Position numbers and translations under genes: made by a program. A stretch of 63,959 nucleotides of DNA, filler included, from Octopus bimaculoides (Eukaryota): assembly GCF_001194135.2 (NCBI RefSeq). It is 4 parts of 4 records of this genome, joined end to end, with 100 filler letters (N's around TTAATTAATTAA, not from the genome) between each part and the next. Parts side by side here need not be neighbours in the genome. Positions count along the whole stretch, not along the records: positions 62,280 to 63,959 come from NW_026411059.1; 3 more parts are not named here. The stretch is one strand, 5' to 3'. The notes below the pieces were generated by a model. The model saw only the letters and a list, made by a program, of their open reading frames with translations. It was not told the origin of the DNA and searched no databases. Positions 63,807 to 63,959 of the stretch are shown piece after piece (position 1 is the first letter of the stretch; each line of letters begins with the position of its first letter).

Positions 63807-63959
63807 GTTGTTGTTGTTGCTGTTGTTGTTGCTGTTGTTGTTGTTGTTATTATTGTAATTATTATTATTATCATTATTATTATTGTTATTTTTATTTTTA
63901 TTATTATCATTAAAAGAAGTGTGCCATTTTATATATTATTATTATTATTATTATTATTA

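Noticed and set aside
2-63910. Most ORFs in the supplied track (poly-YI, CV, HT, X runs)
   Set aside because: They are translations of microsatellites or read-through of N-gaps.

Overview
Eukaryotic, AT-rich, microsatellite-dense draft-assembly window with many N-gaps. The SINE families and repeat landscape look like an octopus/coleoid cephalopod; this is an inference from pattern recognition, not a database result. The only host gene I can support is a + strand lysosomal alpha-mannosidase (GH38, MAN2B1-like). Twelve exons or exon parts between 32401 and 56899 splice in frame through GT-AG junctions and keep the acid/base Asp motif (MGADF) and the Zn-ligand motif (QHHDAVTGT). The 5' exons (signal peptide, HxD, nucleophile) and the 3' exons are not visible, and some internal coding sequence falls in gaps. 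The rest is intronic or intergenic: tRNA-derived SINEs of several families, degenerate R4/Dong-like (RLE), Tx1/L1-like and RTE-like LINE pieces, a Tc1 remnant, mariner/pogo MITEs and simple repeats. There are no prokaryotic features or CRISPR arrays. Best leads: (1) a tRNA-headed SINE with a Penelope-type minimal hammerhead-ribozyme fold, an inverted copy of its own head and a 24-bp flanking duplication (34293-34626); (2) a 295-bp near-perfect intronic foldback with a variant hammerhead-like core in each arm (51685-51979); (3) a genomic AGT(Ser) where GH38 enzymes usually have Gly, which A-to-I editing could restore (54678). All three are hypotheses that need the stated checks.
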